Part shown: positions 1-11,171 of the stretch, piece after piece
Position numbering within the stretch: position 1 is the stretch's first letter
How the letters are laid out: each line of letters starts with the position of its first letter
DNA from: Methanofastidiosum sp.
Lineage (GTDB): Archaea; Methanobacteriota_B; Thermococci; Methanofastidiosales; Methanofastidiosaceae
Direction of reading: 5' to 3'
DNA: 64,000 bases
Assembly (NCBI GenBank): GCA_039679445.1
Contig: JBDKUY010000071.1
Location: forward strand, 324-64,323
The notes under the pieces: model-generated
Databases searched by the model: none
Seen by the model: only the letters and a program-made list of their open reading frames with translations
What the model was told of the DNA's origin: nothing
Program-made: the position numbers and the translations under genes

Positions 1-331
1 TCACAATTGTAAAATAAATAGCATCTATCAAAGTTAGCTTTTCAATGTATGCAAAAGCATTAACTTCTAAGATAAAAAATCCAAAAATTATAATAAGGAT
101 TTTCCCTTCCCTACGTTTTAGATATTCCAAGAGACTTTTATTCTTAAAGTATCTAATCATTACTTTTTTGTTAACTTATTAGGATATAATATTATTGGTT
201 TTTGTATGAGGCTGCGACTTCTTTGATTTTAAGTTCAGAACTCAAAATCCTCATCATGGCATATGCTCAGAAGGGGTCGCTCATCACCATTATAATTATT
301 TCAATACATTTTTAAAGTTTTATTTTTATTT

Positions 332-1129
332 TTGATTATGGACGAACATGAAATAGAGGCTTTAGGTAAATCGAAAATAGTAATAAAAAATGGGAAAGTA
401 ATAAGTGTTGAAGACCCCATCATTGATTATTGCCCTCTTTTTGATAAACATAGGGGAATAAAAAAACTGACTAAAGACTCAATTAAAGAGAATATTGAAT
501 TTAGAATACAAGATTTTGGGATGTGTACAGAGGATAGAAAATTTCCCTCGCAAGATTTTCTTTCTATTGGTGCGAGTGAGATTATTTCCACATTATTAAA
601 AAAAGGACTCTTGGATGCAACTGTAATTGTAAGTGACGGTTGCGGGACTGTCATTGTCACTAATCCAGAAAAAGTTGAAGGTTTGGCAGGAAGAATTTCT
701 GGTGTAATTAGAACTTCACCGGTTAAAAATGTTATTTCATTTGTAGGAGTATCTAATGTACTAGACCCAGAGAATTGTGAGATAAATCAAGTTAAAGGAT
801 TAGAAATGGCCATATCAAAAGGTTACAAAAATATAGCCATTACAATATCAAATGCTAAAGATATACCGGAAATAAGAAAAATTGAAAAGATTAATTCTTG
901 TAATATTTTAATATTTGGAGTCCATACAACTGGAATCTCAAGAGATGACGCAGCTATATTTATGGAGTATGGGGACATAATAACTGCATGTATGAGTGAA
1001 GAGCTAAAAGAGATAGGAGATAAAAAAAATATTTACAAAACTAAAACAAAAATACCAATATATGCACCTAGTGAAAAAGGTAAAAATGCTATAGAATTAA
1101 GATTAAAGGAAATAGAAAAGAAAAATTAG
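332..1129 (+). CDS. Conserved archaeal hypothetical protein (265 aa); family not recognised with confidence
   Basis: Long ORF with archaeal codon bias. Central motif DATVIVSDGCGTVIV. Ends with a TAG stop. Confidence 0.45.
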   Translation: MIMDEHEIEALGKSKIVIKNGKVISVEDPIIDYCPLFDKHRGIKKLTKDSIKENIEFRIQDFGMCTEDRKFPSQDFLSIGASEIISTLLKKGLLDATVIVSDGCGTVIVTNPEKVEGLAGRISGVIRTSPVKNVISFVGVSNVLDPENCEINQVKGLEMAISKGYKNIAITISNAKDIPEIRKIEKINSCNILIFGVHTTGISRDDAAIFMEYGDIITACMSEELKEIGDKKNIYKTKTKIPIYAPSEKGKNAIELRLKEIEKKN

Positions 1130-1136
1130 AAGTTAT

Positions 1137-2516
1137 CTACCCAAGATAAGTTTTGTGTATTGCCCTAATAGCGTTGTGGCCATCTTCTTTAGAAACGACG
1201 AAAGAGATTGAAACTTCTGAAGACCCTTGTGAAATCATTAATATGTTAATCTTGTCTTTTGCGATAGCGGAAAATAATCCTGCTGCTGTACCCACCGCAC
1301 CTTTCATTCCCTTTCCTACTACACTTATTATATTCACTCCCTTGATGTGAGAAATATCCCTGACCAAGTCTTTTGTTGGGAATGTTTTTCTCAGAGCATA
1401 TTCAGATTTTTCTGTGTCTTTCTCGGATATTACAAAAGAAATATTTGCTTCCGAAGATCCTTGTGAAATCATGTAAACGTTAATATTGTAATCGCCTAAA
1501 GCTTTGAAAACTTTTGCAGCTACGCCCGGAACTCCAATCATTCCAGCCCCAGAAACGTAAACAATTGCAGCGTTTTCAATTATGCTTATGGCCTTTACAG
1601 CTTTGTGATTTGCTTTTGTATCCTTTAGGATTAGAGTGCCTGGAGAGTCTGACATGCTATTTTTTACCCTGACAGGGATATTTTTAGAAATTGCAGGTTC
1701 GATTGTTCTTGGATGAAGAACTTTGGCACCAAAATATGCCAGTTCCATTGCTTCAAGGTAGGACAGTTCTGGGATTGTATAAGCATTACTGCATATTTTT
1801 GGATTTGTAGTCATTATTCCATCTACATCAGTCATTATCCATATTTCATCTGCACTAATCCCCGCACCAATTATTGAAGCTGTGTAATCAGACCCCCCTC
1901 TGCCAAGTGTAGTGATATCTCCTTCTCTACTCTTAGCTATAAATCCAGTAACTACTGGAATCATGCCCCTTTTTATTAATGGCATCAAATTATCAGATGT
2001 TTTTTTATAACTTTCATCAAAGAATACTGCGGCCTCTCCAAAGTTATTATCTGTGACAATCAAAGAAAATGCGTCTACTTTATCAGATGGCACACCGTGT
2101 GCTTCTATTGTTTTTGACAATATCAAACTCGAAAGTCTTTCTCCAAAAGAGACTATTCTATCCTTTGAACGTAAAGAAAGCTCACCTAAGTAATGCACTC
2201 CTATCAAGCTTTTTTCAAGGTCAATTAAAAGAGCATCAATTTTTTCTTTGGTAATTTTTACTAATTCTTCATTTTTTATATTTTTACAAGCATCAAAATG
2301 CTTATATCTAAGTTCATTTAGAATGGGGGCAATATCTTCTCCCTTAAGAGATTTGTCAGCAGCCCCTAGAAGCATGTCTGTAACTCCAGACATTGCAGAA
2401 ACGACAACTACAACTTCATTTCCTTTATTGTATGTATCTATAGCTATATTTGCAGTGTTAAGGAATCTTTCAGCGTTGCCGACAGATGTCCCACCATATT
2501 TCATTACAATTCTCAT
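1137..2516 (-). CDS. lysC: Aspartate kinase
   Basis: N-terminal MKYGGTSV kinase motif, a length of 459 aa, and C-terminal ACT-like regulatory repeats. Confidence 0.85.
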   Translation of the reverse strand: MRIVMKYGGTSVGNAERFLNTANIAIDTYNKGNEVVVVVSAMSGVTDMLLGAADKSLKGEDIAPILNELRYKHFDACKNIKNEELVKITKEKIDALLIDLEKSLIGVHYLGELSLRSKDRIVSFGERLSSLILSKTIEAHGVPSDKVDAFSLIVTDNNFGEAAVFFDESYKKTSDNLMPLIKRGMIPVVTGFIAKSREGDITTLGRGGSDYTASIIGAGISADEIWIMTDVDGIMTTNPKICSNAYTIPELSYLEAMELAYFGAKVLHPRTIEPAISKNIPVRVKNSMSDSPGTLILKDTKANHKAVKAISIIENAAIVYVSGAGMIGVPGVAAKVFKALGDYNINVYMISQGSSEANISFVISEKDTEKSEYALRKTFPTKDLVRDISHIKGVNIISVVGKGMKGAVGTAAGLFSAIAKDKINILMISQGSSEVSISFVVSKEDGHNAIRAIHKTYLG

Positions 2517-2567
2517 TAAAGACCCCCAAACATGTTATTTAGGCAAGAAATCTACTTAAAAGACTTT

Positions 2568-3254
2568 CTAAAAAAGAAATTTGCGTTCTCTTCCAGATAC
2601 TTTTTTCAAATAATCAATAGATTCCTTATAAAAAGGAAATTTCTCTTCTTCTTTTTTAAATGGCCCTGTGTGTATTTTTCTCCTGCCTCTCTTATAAGTG
2701 AATCCAAATTTAATATGCAGCATTTCGTGGTACATTATGTATTCAACTACATACTTAGGAGTTTTTTTCTCATCCAAAAGACTTGAAACTACAATCTCAT
2801 TTTTAGAGCGGTCATATCTCCCAAAAATCCTGTAGGCCCTTCTTTTGGACCACCTTAAGGCAGGTTTAGTTATTTCATTAGAAAAAAATTTAGTATTAAT
2901 TGTGTAGAATATTTCATCAAGATCAAAGTAACTCCCATTTGGTTCATGTACCCCTTTCACACTATCAAAAGGTTCGTTGATTATTATGTTATGAATGTAA
3001 TCATTATATGCCCTTTTATATCTAGGTGCTACCCGAATACCTTTAATTTTGGATAAAAGAACATATGCAAGAGCTTCTTTTACTTCTTGGGGTGCATCTT
3101 TTAATTTATCAGATACCCTAACGTATAGAGCACCTTTTTTTACCCTAGCAGTATTCTTTATACTTTTATATGGATAGTAGTCAGATACTACTTTATATCT
3201 AAATCCCAAGTTTAGAGATACATTGGAAATTATTTGATTTAATTTGGCGTCCAT
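2568..3254 (-). CDS. YgjP/DUF45-family HExxH metal-dependent hydrolase
   Basis: YHEMLH zinc-binding motif near the C-terminus. The ~228-aa size is typical of the YgjP family. Confidence 0.55.
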   Translation of the reverse strand: MDAKLNQIISNVSLNLGFRYKVVSDYYPYKSIKNTARVKKGALYVRVSDKLKDAPQEVKEALAYVLLSKIKGIRVAPRYKRAYNDYIHNIIINEPFDSVKGVHEPNGSYFDLDEIFYTINTKFFSNEITKPALRWSKRRAYRIFGRYDRSKNEIVVSSLLDEKKTPKYVVEYIMYHEMLHIKFGFTYKRGRRKIHTGPFKKEEEKFPFYKESIDYLKKVSGRERKFLF

Positions 3255-3334
3255 TGGACAGATTTCTGATGTTGACTTATAAAGATTTTTGGGAAAAGAT
3301 TTATAATATGGCTACCTTGTTTGTTCGTGGTTAA

Positions 3335-3868
3335 TTGTACTTCCCAATCATTCTTAACACAAATAAAGAAGTTTTAATAGTTGGTGCAGGCAATGTATCC
3401 CTTAGAAAAACAAAAAAACTTCTTGAATTTACGAATAATATTAAAGTTATTTCTTCAGAGTTTCATGAAGATTTTGATAATCTAAATATTAAAAAAATTA
3501 AAATGGAAATAAATGAAGAGAATTTTCCTACACTAATTAGCAAAGATACCAGCTTTGTTATACTATCATTAAATAATAAGGAACTAAACAGAAAACTATG
3601 CAACATTTGTAAAAAAAATAGAATAATGGTAAATGTAGTTGATGATAAAGAACTGTCGGATATAATCTTCCCAGCTGTTATAGAAAAGGAAAATCTACTA
3701 ATTGCAATATCCACTAAAGGAGAATGCCCATACTATTCCAAAAAACTTAAAGAAGAAATAGCGGAATTTATCGATAGAAAAGATAAAGAAGCAAAAATAT
3801 TGATTAATGCTAGAAAGAAAGGGGATGCCCTTGATGACACTTATAAAAAAATTAAAAGAGGATTGTGA
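3335..3868 (+). CDS. sirC: Precorrin-2 dehydrogenase / sirohydrochlorin ferrochelatase (SirC/CysG N-domain-like)
   Basis: N-terminal Rossmann motif VLIVGAGNVSLRK typical of Met8/CysG-N. Placement immediately upstream of hemA. Confidence 0.7.
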   Translation: MYFPIILNTNKEVLIVGAGNVSLRKTKKLLEFTNNIKVISSEFHEDFDNLNIKKIKMEINEENFPTLISKDTSFVILSLNNKELNRKLCNICKKNRIMVNVVDDKELSDIIFPAVIEKENLLIAISTKGECPYYSKKLKEEIAEFIDRKDKEAKILINARKKGDALDDTYKKIKRGL

Positions 3869-5098
3869 ATGTTCCTACTAAATTTTATGATTACCTACCA
3901 AAACGCCCCAGTATATGTGAGGGAAAAATTTTCCTTTTCTAAAAAACATAGAAATGAATTCATGAGACAAATATGTTGTGAAACTGGTGTAAAAGGATGT
4001 GTAATACTAAATACCTGCAACAGAACAGAGATATATTGTGTAGCAGACAGGGGCGAATCTATAGAGGGCATTATCCTTCTTTTGAAGAATATAAGCCCTG
4101 ATGTTGAGAATTATTTAGAGGTATCTAGTGGAAATGAAGCGATAAGGCATTTGTTTAGAGTTGCTTCAGGTTTAGAATCACTAATTATTGGCGAAAATCA
4201 GATTTTATCCCAAGTTAAAAATAATTATTTTGAATGTAAAAGCGAATGCTCAACGGATTCATTATTGGACATTATTTTTAATCAAGCAATAAGGGTTGGA
4301 AAACTTGTAAGAACAAATACTGATATTTCTAAAGGTGGAGTTTCAGTTGGAAGCGCGGCAGTCAAACTTGCCGAAAATATATTTGGTTCTTTAGTTGATA
4401 AAAAAATATTGATTGTTGGTGCAGGAGAAATGAGTTGTCTTATTGCTAAGTCACTCTCTTCAAAAGGTGTTGATGGCGTATATGTTTCGAATAGAAACTA
4501 TGAGGCGGCAAAAAATATAGCAGAAACCATAGGTGGTCAAGCGCTAAAATTTGATTATTTGATGGATCACATCAAAGTTTCAGATCTTGTTATAACTGCA
4601 ACTTCTGCCCCCCACACAATAATCCACGCAAATGAAATAAAAGAAATAGTAAAGGAACGAAATAAAGACTTAGTAATCATAGACATTGCAATACCAAAAG
4701 ATGTTGAGGACTCTGTTGGGAAAATTGAAAGTGTCCATCTTTACAATATTGACTCACTATCGGAAATAGCTAAAGAGAATATGGAAATAAGGAGGGAAGA
4801 AGCTGAAAAGGCATCATTGATAGTCGAACAAGAATTAAAAAAACTTGAAACTAATCTTAAAGGAATGTTTGTAGAGCCTTATATAGCAGATGTTTGGGTA
4901 AAAGCTGAAGATATAAGAAAAACAGAATTAGATAGAGCTTTAAGAATGCTTAATCTTGATAATGAAAAAGATATAATGATTTTAGAAGATTTGACAAAGG
5001 CCATAGTTTCTAAAGTTTTGCATAAACCAGTCAGAGATTTAAGAGAAAAAGTATACAATAACTTGGAGGCGGTAGAATCTTTCCAGAAGTTAGATTGA
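3869..5098 (+). CDS. hemA: Glutamyl-tRNA reductase
   Basis: Conserved CNRTE catalytic-Cys motif and an NAD(P)-binding GAGEM motif. Length 409 aa. Overlaps hemB in a translationally coupled arrangement. Confidence 0.85.
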   Translation: MFLLNFMITYQNAPVYVREKFSFSKKHRNEFMRQICCETGVKGCVILNTCNRTEIYCVADRGESIEGIILLLKNISPDVENYLEVSSGNEAIRHLFRVASGLESLIIGENQILSQVKNNYFECKSECSTDSLLDIIFNQAIRVGKLVRTNTDISKGGVSVGSAAVKLAENIFGSLVDKKILIVGAGEMSCLIAKSLSSKGVDGVYVSNRNYEAAKNIAETIGGQALKFDYLMDHIKVSDLVITATSAPHTIIHANEIKEIVKERNKDLVIIDIAIPKDVEDSVGKIESVHLYNIDSLSEIAKENMEIRREEAEKASLIVEQELKKLETNLKGMFVEPYIADVWVKAEDIRKTELDRALRMLNLDNEKDIMILEDLTKAIVSKVLHKPVRDLREKVYNNLEAVESFQKLD

Positions 5099-6033
5099 GA
5101 AGACTAAGAAAAAATGAAAGACTTAGAGCTTTGCTCAGGGAGCATGATGTAACCCCAAACGATCTAATTTATCCTATTTTTGTACATGAAAAAAGTAAGA
5201 TAGAAGAGATACCATCTATGCCGGGCCAATTTAGATATCCCGTCTCTGAGTTAAAGAAAATTACAAAAAAAGCGGAAGACCTTGGAATACCAGGAATTTT
5301 ACTTTTTGGTATGCCTGAAAAAAAAGATGAAGTTGGTAGTGAAGCGTATAGTGACAAGGGAATTGTTCAAAAGGCAATTAGGAATATAAAAGAGAATACT
5401 GATCTTCTCATAATTACAGATATTTGTCTTTGCCAATATACTTCGCATGGTCACTGTGGATTAGTCAGTGATGGAATAATAAAAAATGATGACACATTGA
5501 GATTATTAGCTAAAACGGCTTTGTCCCATGCAAAGGCAGGTGCAGATATAGTAGCCCCCTCTGACATGATGGACGGAAGAGTCTTTGCAATAAGAACTGA
5601 ATTAGACAAAAACTCTTTCGAAGAAGTTTTGATTATGTCTTATGCCGCAAAATTTTTATCATCCTTTTACGGCCCTTTTAGAGAAGCGGCCCATTCTGCG
5701 CCAGTTTTTGGTGATAGGAGAACCTACCAAATGGAACCGGGAAATATCTTGGAAGCTCTAAGAGAAGTTGAACTCGACATTAAAGAAGGTGCCGATATTG
5801 TTATGGTGAAACCTGCCTTGCCTTACCTAGACGTCATATTTAGGGTAAAGGAAAAATTTGGACTTCCTACAGCAGCATATAATGTCAGTGGCGAATATTC
5901 TATGGTAAAGGCGGCGTCAAAGATGGGTTGGATCGATGAAAATAAAGTAATGGAAGAGGTACTCCTGTCCATAAAACGTGCCGGAGCTGACTTTATTATA
6001 TCGTACTTTGCATTGGAGTACGCATCCCGATGA
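5095..6033 (+). CDS. hemB: Porphobilinogen synthase (delta-aminolevulinate dehydratase)
   Basis: ALAD-type architecture over 312 aa, with a conserved active-site Lys region and metal-binding Cys cluster ([12 protein letters not shown]). Confidence 0.88.
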   Translation: MRRLRKNERLRALLREHDVTPNDLIYPIFVHEKSKIEEIPSMPGQFRYPVSELKKITKKAEDLGIPGILLFGMPEKKDEVGSEAYSDKGIVQKAIRNIKENTDLLIITDICLCQYTSHGHCGLVSDGIIKNDDTLRLLAKTALSHAKAGADIVAPSDMMDGRVFAIRTELDKNSFEEVLIMSYAAKFLSSFYGPFREAAHSAPVFGDRRTYQMEPGNILEALREVELDIKEGADIVMVKPALPYLDVIFRVKEKFGLPTAAYNVSGEYSMVKAASKMGWIDENKVMEEVLLSIKRAGADFIISYFALEYASR

Positions 6034-6692
6034 ATAGCTTTGAGATATACAAAATATTAAAAGAGTATTTTGGAGAAGTAGGCAGTTGGTGGCCAAAAGA
6101 TAGACCTTTTGAAGTTATAATTGGTGCCATACTTACCCAACAATCAACTTGGACCAATGTTGAAAAAGCCTTGAAGAATCTAAAAGAAGCAAATATTCTA
6201 ACTCCAAAGGATATAGTGGAATTACCTCTTGACAGTTTAAAGCAAATAATTAAATCAAGCGGTTTCTTTAATCAGAAAGCAGAAAGATTGAGAAAGATAT
6301 CCGAATATCTTTTGGTTACTTATAGTGGAGATCTTGAATTATTATTTAGCAAGGATAAAAAAATTCTACGAGAAGAGCTTTTAGAATTAAAGGGGGTTGG
6401 CGATGAAACTGCTGACAGTATTATTTTATATGCCGCAGAAAAAACTGAATTTGTCGTTGATGCATATACAAAGAGAATTTATTCAAGGTTAAAAATTGTT
6501 GAAGAAAGAATTAGTTATGGGGATTTAAAAAAATACATAATAAATGAAATACCTGAAGACCTACTAACATATCAAGAGTTTCATGGACTTATAGTCCTAC
6601 TAGGGAAAAACCTATGCAAGAAAAATCCAAATTGTATAGAGTGCCCACTTAATTCAAAATGCAAGCATATAATTAATAAAAAGATATATTAA
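6030..6692 (+). CDS. HhH-GPD (endonuclease III-like) DNA glycosylase with C-terminal 4Fe-4S loop
   Basis: Helix-hairpin-helix [10 protein letters not shown] motif plus a Cx6Cx2Cx5C cluster ([16 protein letters not shown]). The canonical Nth catalytic Lys appears to be replaced. Confidence 0.65.
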   Translation: MNSFEIYKILKEYFGEVGSWWPKDRPFEVIIGAILTQQSTWTNVEKALKNLKEANILTPKDIVELPLDSLKQIIKSSGFFNQKAERLRKISEYLLVTYSGDLELLFSKDKKILREELLELKGVGDETADSIILYAAEKTEFVVDAYTKRIYSRLKIVEERISYGDLKKYIINEIPEDLLTYQEFHGLIVLLGKNLCKKNPNCIECPLNSKCKHIINKKIY

Positions 6693-7852
6693 TCATTCTT
6701 AAAGGTCTTTTTAAAAATACTCTTCGCACTTTCAGAATATCGTTTCGCCTCTTCAGTTCTTCCTAGTGATTCATACATCTCAGCAAGATTTAACATTGCC
6801 ATTGCTACATCAGGATTATTAGTGCCAAATACTTTTTCTAAAATTATAAGCCCTTTCTTAAAATAGGATTCTGCTTCTTCGTATTGCTCTCTTGCCCTAT
6901 ATAATCCTGCTAGATTATTTAAAAAAGTCACAAGCGAAGGATGGAATTCGCCCAAAGTTATCTGAGATATTTGAAATGCCTCTTTAAAGTAGCGCTCTGC
7001 TTCGTCATATTGCCCTATGCCCTCTTTGACCAAAGCTATATTATTAAATGTCATTGCATGGTAGTGATGATTCTTACCATAACTCTTTTCATCAATTTTC
7101 AGAACTTCTCTGTAAAGTTTCTCAGCTTTCCCGTAATTTCCTTCAAGATAATAAATTCCAGCAATATTATTTATTGCTGTGGCAATGTCTGGGTGATCTG
7201 GACCACTAGCACTTCTCCATATTTCAAATGCCCTCTTATACAAATTTAATGCTTCAGTATATTGTCCCTTTATTTTATGTATTTCAGCCAAATTATTCAA
7301 AGCCGACCCAATATCTGGACTCTTAGAATCTTTATGGCGCTCAAAAATTTCTATTGCTTTCCTATATAGAGTCTCTGCTTCAGCAAATCTCTTCTCTAAA
7401 CGATAAAGATCTGCCAGATTATTATAGCTTGTAGCGATTTCAAGGTGATTTTGACCCAAAGCTTTTTGTTTAATCTCTAAAGATCTTTTATATAGTGGTT
7501 CAGCCTCTTTGTATTTACCTCTTGATACATAAATACCCGCAAGATTATTCAAAGAGGTGGCAACATCTGGGTCATCGGGACCTAAATTATTTTCCCATAT
7601 CTCTAACGCATTTACGGAAAGAGATTCCGCTTCTTCAAACTTTCCCTGGGCATCATATACCAACGAGAGATTGTTCATGGAAATAGCAACTTTGGTGCTA
7701 TCTTTTCCATAGACTTTTTTTGCAATGTCAATAGATAGTTTTGCAAGCTCTGCCGCTTCATTGTACTTTCCTTCTCGATAAGTATTTATTGCCTTATAGG
7801 TAGTATTATCCCAAAGCACGTCAAAGGCTTTTTCCTGATTCTTAGAAACCAC
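6689..7852 (-). CDS. TPR-repeat protein (about ten tetratricopeptide repeats)
   Basis: Reiterated 34-aa units with a YxxAxxLYxxALxI pattern. Confidence 0.8.
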   Translation of the reverse strand: MVSKNQEKAFDVLWDNTTYKAINTYREGKYNEAAELAKLSIDIAKKVYGKDSTKVAISMNNLSLVYDAQGKFEEAESLSVNALEIWENNLGPDDPDVATSLNNLAGIYVSRGKYKEAEPLYKRSLEIKQKALGQNHLEIATSYNNLADLYRLEKRFAEAETLYRKAIEIFERHKDSKSPDIGSALNNLAEIHKIKGQYTEALNLYKRAFEIWRSASGPDHPDIATAINNIAGIYYLEGNYGKAEKLYREVLKIDEKSYGKNHHYHAMTFNNIALVKEGIGQYDEAERYFKEAFQISQITLGEFHPSLVTFLNNLAGLYRAREQYEEAESYFKKGLIILEKVFGTNNPDVAMAMLNLAEMYESLGRTEEAKRYSESAKSIFKKTFKND

Positions 7853-7880
7853 ATTATTACCCCAACAGTCTATAAATAAG

Positions 7881-8231
7881 CTAAATAGACTTATATTTCT
7901 CTATTATCTCTTTTAACTCATTAAATCTTACAGGTTTTCTCAAAACTTCTTTTGCTCCGGCTTCTAAAGCTTTGGTACCTATAGTAGAGCCATAAGCTGT
8001 TATGGCGATTATCTTTGCCTTTGGATCAAATTGAATTATTTCCTTAGTCGCATCTATACCACTTTTTTTTGGAAGTTTTAAATCCATAAGAACTACGTCA
8101 GGTTTATGCTCTTTGTAAAGGGCAACGGCTGCTTCTCCATCTGAAGCCGTGAACAAATTATCCCCCTCCAAAAATTCCTGATAAAATTCTGATAAATCTT
8201 TATAATCCTCTACTATTAAGATTTTAGACAT
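7881..8231 (-). CDS. Stand-alone response-regulator receiver domain (CheY-like)
   Basis: 116 aa with the receiver Asp in LMDLKLP and a conserved Lys. No output domain. Confidence 0.8.
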   Translation of the reverse strand: MSKILIVEDYKDLSEFYQEFLEGDNLFTASDGEAAVALYKEHKPDVVLMDLKLPKKSGIDATKEIIQFDPKAKIIAITAYGSTIGTKALEAGAKEVLRKPVRFNELKEIIEKYKSI

Positions 8232-8435
8232 AAAATCACTCTATTATATAAATATCTAGTTTCCTTATGTATTTATCGTATAAAAACTTTATGATGAAAA
8301 ACGATAGACTTTTAATTGATACTAATTTAACCCAATTGAAACTTATCTTTCAACAAAACCTTTAAAAATCACAGAAAGTAAGATAAGTAACACAAAATAT
8401 AAATAAAGTAACACGAAATACATGAGGTGTGATAA

Positions 8436-8819
8436 ATGAAAGGCGCAATATTAGTTGGACATGGTAGTAGGCTCAGTTACAACAAAGAGCTTCTAACAAA
8501 ATTATCGGAAATTTTTAAAGATTATTTTGATGGGGGGATAATAGAGATTGGATTCATGGAAATGAATACCCCAAAGATAATGGATGCTGTAAAAAGTGCT
8601 GTTAAGAAGGGTGCAGATGAATTGTATATAATTCCAGTATTCTTGGCAAAAGGCGTTCATACAACGGAAGATATTCCAAATGAAGTCGGTGGCTTCCAAA
8701 ATGGGAAGAGTACAATTGGTGTAGATGGAAAAAAAGTAAAACTAATTTACTGCGAACCTATTGGGCCCGACAGAAGAATTGCTGAGATTCTTTGGGATAG
8801 AGTAAAGGAAAAATATTAA
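8436..8819 (+). CDS. cfbA: Sirohydrochlorin nickelochelatase (small CbiX-type chelatase)
   Basis: 127-aa CbiX(S) fold with the ILVGHGSR motif. Leads the cfb operon. SD-like GAGGTG lies 7 nt upstream. Confidence 0.78.
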   Translation: MKGAILVGHGSRLSYNKELLTKLSEIFKDYFDGGIIEIGFMEMNTPKIMDAVKSAVKKGADELYIIPVFLAKGVHTTEDIPNEVGGFQNGKSTIGVDGKKVKLIYCEPIGPDRRIAEILWDRVKEKY

Positions 8820-10090
8820 TGAAAAAGTTCATCGTACTTGATATAAATCATGGTGGAGATTACCTAGCATATATCCTAAAGGATCGGGGCTTTGAAGTAA
8901 TTGTCTATGACATATACCAAACCAATGGTGAAAAAAGACAAGAGATCAATAAAAAAAATATTCAAGTAATTGATTCTATAGAAAAAGATTACAAAGATTA
9001 CACCGTTGTACACCCTGTCCATTGCCCCGACAATTTTCTTTCTTCTTTTTCAAATAATAAGAAATTAAGTCACCATGAGCTAGTAAAATATCTATTTAAT
9101 GATAAAAATAACGTAATTGAAATCACAGGGTCAAAGGGTAAAACAACAACAGCCCATATTTTGGCCTACCTTCTTTCATTTGAAGCGGAGGTTTTCCTTA
9201 ACTCCTCGAGGGGATTTGAGACTTTTCTAAAAGGTAAAACCAAAGTAATAGATAAAAATAATTCGATATCTGCTGGATACACAGCTAAAATATTGTCAGA
9301 GCACAATAAAACACCTCAAGTACTTGAAGAAAGCCTAGGGATATGTGGAATCGGCAATATTTCAATTCTAACAAGTACAAATCCAGTCTATAGCATAAAA
9401 GGTGGAAATGGTAGTTCATTAGAAGCAAAAAAGCAACTCTTCAAATTATCAGAAGGCAAAATTATAATTGATGGAAAAGATAAGATTGCAAATGATTTGG
9501 CAGATGAATATGGAAAAGAAGTAATTCGAATATGGGAAGATGTAAGGATTGAACTACCTGATTATTTACAAATTGGCAAGGATGTTCATTCTAACATTTA
9601 TTTCAAAGATTTAGAATTGCAATCTAAATTCAATGGAAAATATCTTCTAGCTGGGTATGTGAACCCTATATTATTTAGTGCTATGGCTTTAAAAATATTA
9701 AATAAAGACCTAGAAAAAATGTCAGAACATTTAACCATGTTTAACGGCGTGGTAAATAGATTATCTGTTATAAATGAAAATGGTTATACTAAAATTATTG
9801 ATAAATCTGGAGGCTTTTCAGAAGACAGCTTAAGATATTTATTATCTCTTTTGAAAATGAACTATGATATGTTCTACAAAAACATTAATTTATTGATTGA
9901 TTTAAATAACGTATCACATTGCCAAAAAATAGACATTTACGCTTTAGATAGTGTGATTGGAGAATTTGGCAATCTAGTAGACAATGCATTTTTATTAGGC
10001 AATCATGATTTTGAAAGATTTAAATACCTAAAAAATAGCACTGAACTTAATATAAAAACGGGGGATCTTTTAATAGAATGTGGTAAGTGA
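8819..10090 (+). CDS. cfbE: Coenzyme F430 synthetase (MurF-like ligase)
   Basis: Mur-ligase P-loop TGSKGKTTTAHIL. Embedded between cfbA and cfbD with a 1-nt overlap. Confidence 0.68.
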   Translation: MKKFIVLDINHGGDYLAYILKDRGFEVIVYDIYQTNGEKRQEINKKNIQVIDSIEKDYKDYTVVHPVHCPDNFLSSFSNNKKLSHHELVKYLFNDKNNVIEITGSKGKTTTAHILAYLLSFEAEVFLNSSRGFETFLKGKTKVIDKNNSISAGYTAKILSEHNKTPQVLEESLGICGIGNISILTSTNPVYSIKGGNGSSLEAKKQLFKLSEGKIIIDGKDKIANDLADEYGKEVIRIWEDVRIELPDYLQIGKDVHSNIYFKDLELQSKFNGKYLLAGYVNPILFSAMALKILNKDLEKMSEHLTMFNGVVNRLSVINENGYTKIIDKSGGFSEDSLRYLLSLLKMNYDMFYKNINLLIDLNNVSHCQKIDIYALDSVIGEFGNLVDNAFLLGNHDFERFKYLKNSTELNIKTGDLLIECGK

Positions 10091-11171
10091 TAACATGAAT
10101 ATTTTAACTCCAAGACCCAATCCAATAGTTGCTGCCTTGTACACATTGAGAGATCTTGATGTGGATGTTGCAGTGTTACACGGGCCTTCTGGATGTGGGT
10201 TCCGAGCAGCTAGATTACTAGAAGAAGATGGAATGAAAGTAGTTACTACTTCAATGTCAGAAGAAGATTTAATTTTCGGCGCTAGTGATAAACTAATTGA
10301 AGTATTAAATGAAGTTGATGTGCTTTTTTCACCTAAGACCATAGGTGTTGTTGGGTCATGTGTTAGCATGATAATTGGTGAAAATGTGAAAAAGGCTATA
10401 ATCGATTCTGGTTTAAAAGATAAAGCCTTCTTTGTAGAAATCCATGGCTGCATGGGGGCAAATACAAGAGGGGCTATCGAAACCTTGAAGGCTGCAATGG
10501 AGTTTGGCCTTATAGATGAAAATGAGTTTAAAAGACAGGAAAAGATGCTTCTTTTGGCAACTGAAGTTGAGTCAAATAATGGTATGGCAAAATCAAAATA
10601 CACTAGACCTTCGAGAGGAACTGAACTTAAGACAGTTGCTGAGCATATAGTTAATCTACTAAAGGATAACAAAAAAATAGCTGTAATTCTAAATGCAAAG
10701 AAGGAAACTGCATATCTTTTTGCTGATATACCTCTAGCAATTAATTTAGCTTCAAAGAAACTTGGAGGGTCTGTGATAAATGTTGGTAATCTTTCTACAG
10801 ATGTGGGCCTCTTAAGAATCAAGAGATACGCAGAAGATATAAAAAATAATTTTGAGTCTAATGGAATTACAATTGATTATATTTCTGGTGGAATGGACGA
10901 GTATCCAATAGCAGGCAAAAACGCAATCGAGTACCTCAAAGACAAAAAATTTGATCTTCTCGTTGCAGTTGGTATACCCCAAGCTTTACCCACCATAGAT
11001 AAAGAATCCATAGCAGTTACAAATGGCCCGAGAGAAGTACATCCCCTTGAAGATAGGGGCTACAAGTACGTAACAGTTGAAATAGCTTCACACTCAACTG
11101 TGATGGGTACGAGAGAAATTGTTCTTAGTGAACTTGGTGAAGCAATAAGAGATGCTGCAGGGATCCAATGA
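10080..11171 (+). CDS. cfbD: Ni-sirohydrochlorin a,c-diamide reductive cyclase, NifD-like subunit
   Basis: 363-aa nitrogenase-component-1-like protein directly upstream of its NifH-like partner. An alternative start at 10095 is possible. Confidence 0.72.
   Translation: MVSDNMNILTPRPNPIVAALYTLRDLDVDVAVLHGPSGCGFRAARLLEEDGMKVVTTSMSEEDLIFGASDKLIEVLNEVDVLFSPKTIGVVGSCVSMIIGENVKKAIIDSGLKDKAFFVEIHGCMGANTRGAIETLKAAMEFGLIDENEFKRQEKMLLLATEVESNNGMAKSKYTRPSRGTELKTVAEHIVNLLKDNKKIAVILNAKKETAYLFADIPLAINLASKKLGGSVINVGNLSTDVGLLRIKRYAEDIKNNFESNGITIDYISGGMDEYPIAGKNAIEYLKDKKFDLLVAVGIPQALPTIDKESIAVTNGPREVHPLEDRGYKYVTVEIASHSTVMGTREIVLSELGEAIRDAAGIQ

Noticed and set aside
332-1129. Assigning the first ORF to the methanogenesis marker 8 (DUF2099) family
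   Set aside because: I could not recall enough diagnostic residues of that family to support the call from sequence alone. It is left as conserved hypothetical.
10070-10822. 250-aa minus-strand ORF antisense to cfbD (and similar antisense ORFs at 13878-14303, 427-660, 2248-2559, 49058-49336, 50021-50428, 55891-56234)
   Set aside because: Each lies entirely inside a well-supported gene on the opposite strand, has low-complexity or Ser/Pro-rich content typical of shadow frames, and has no independent start context.
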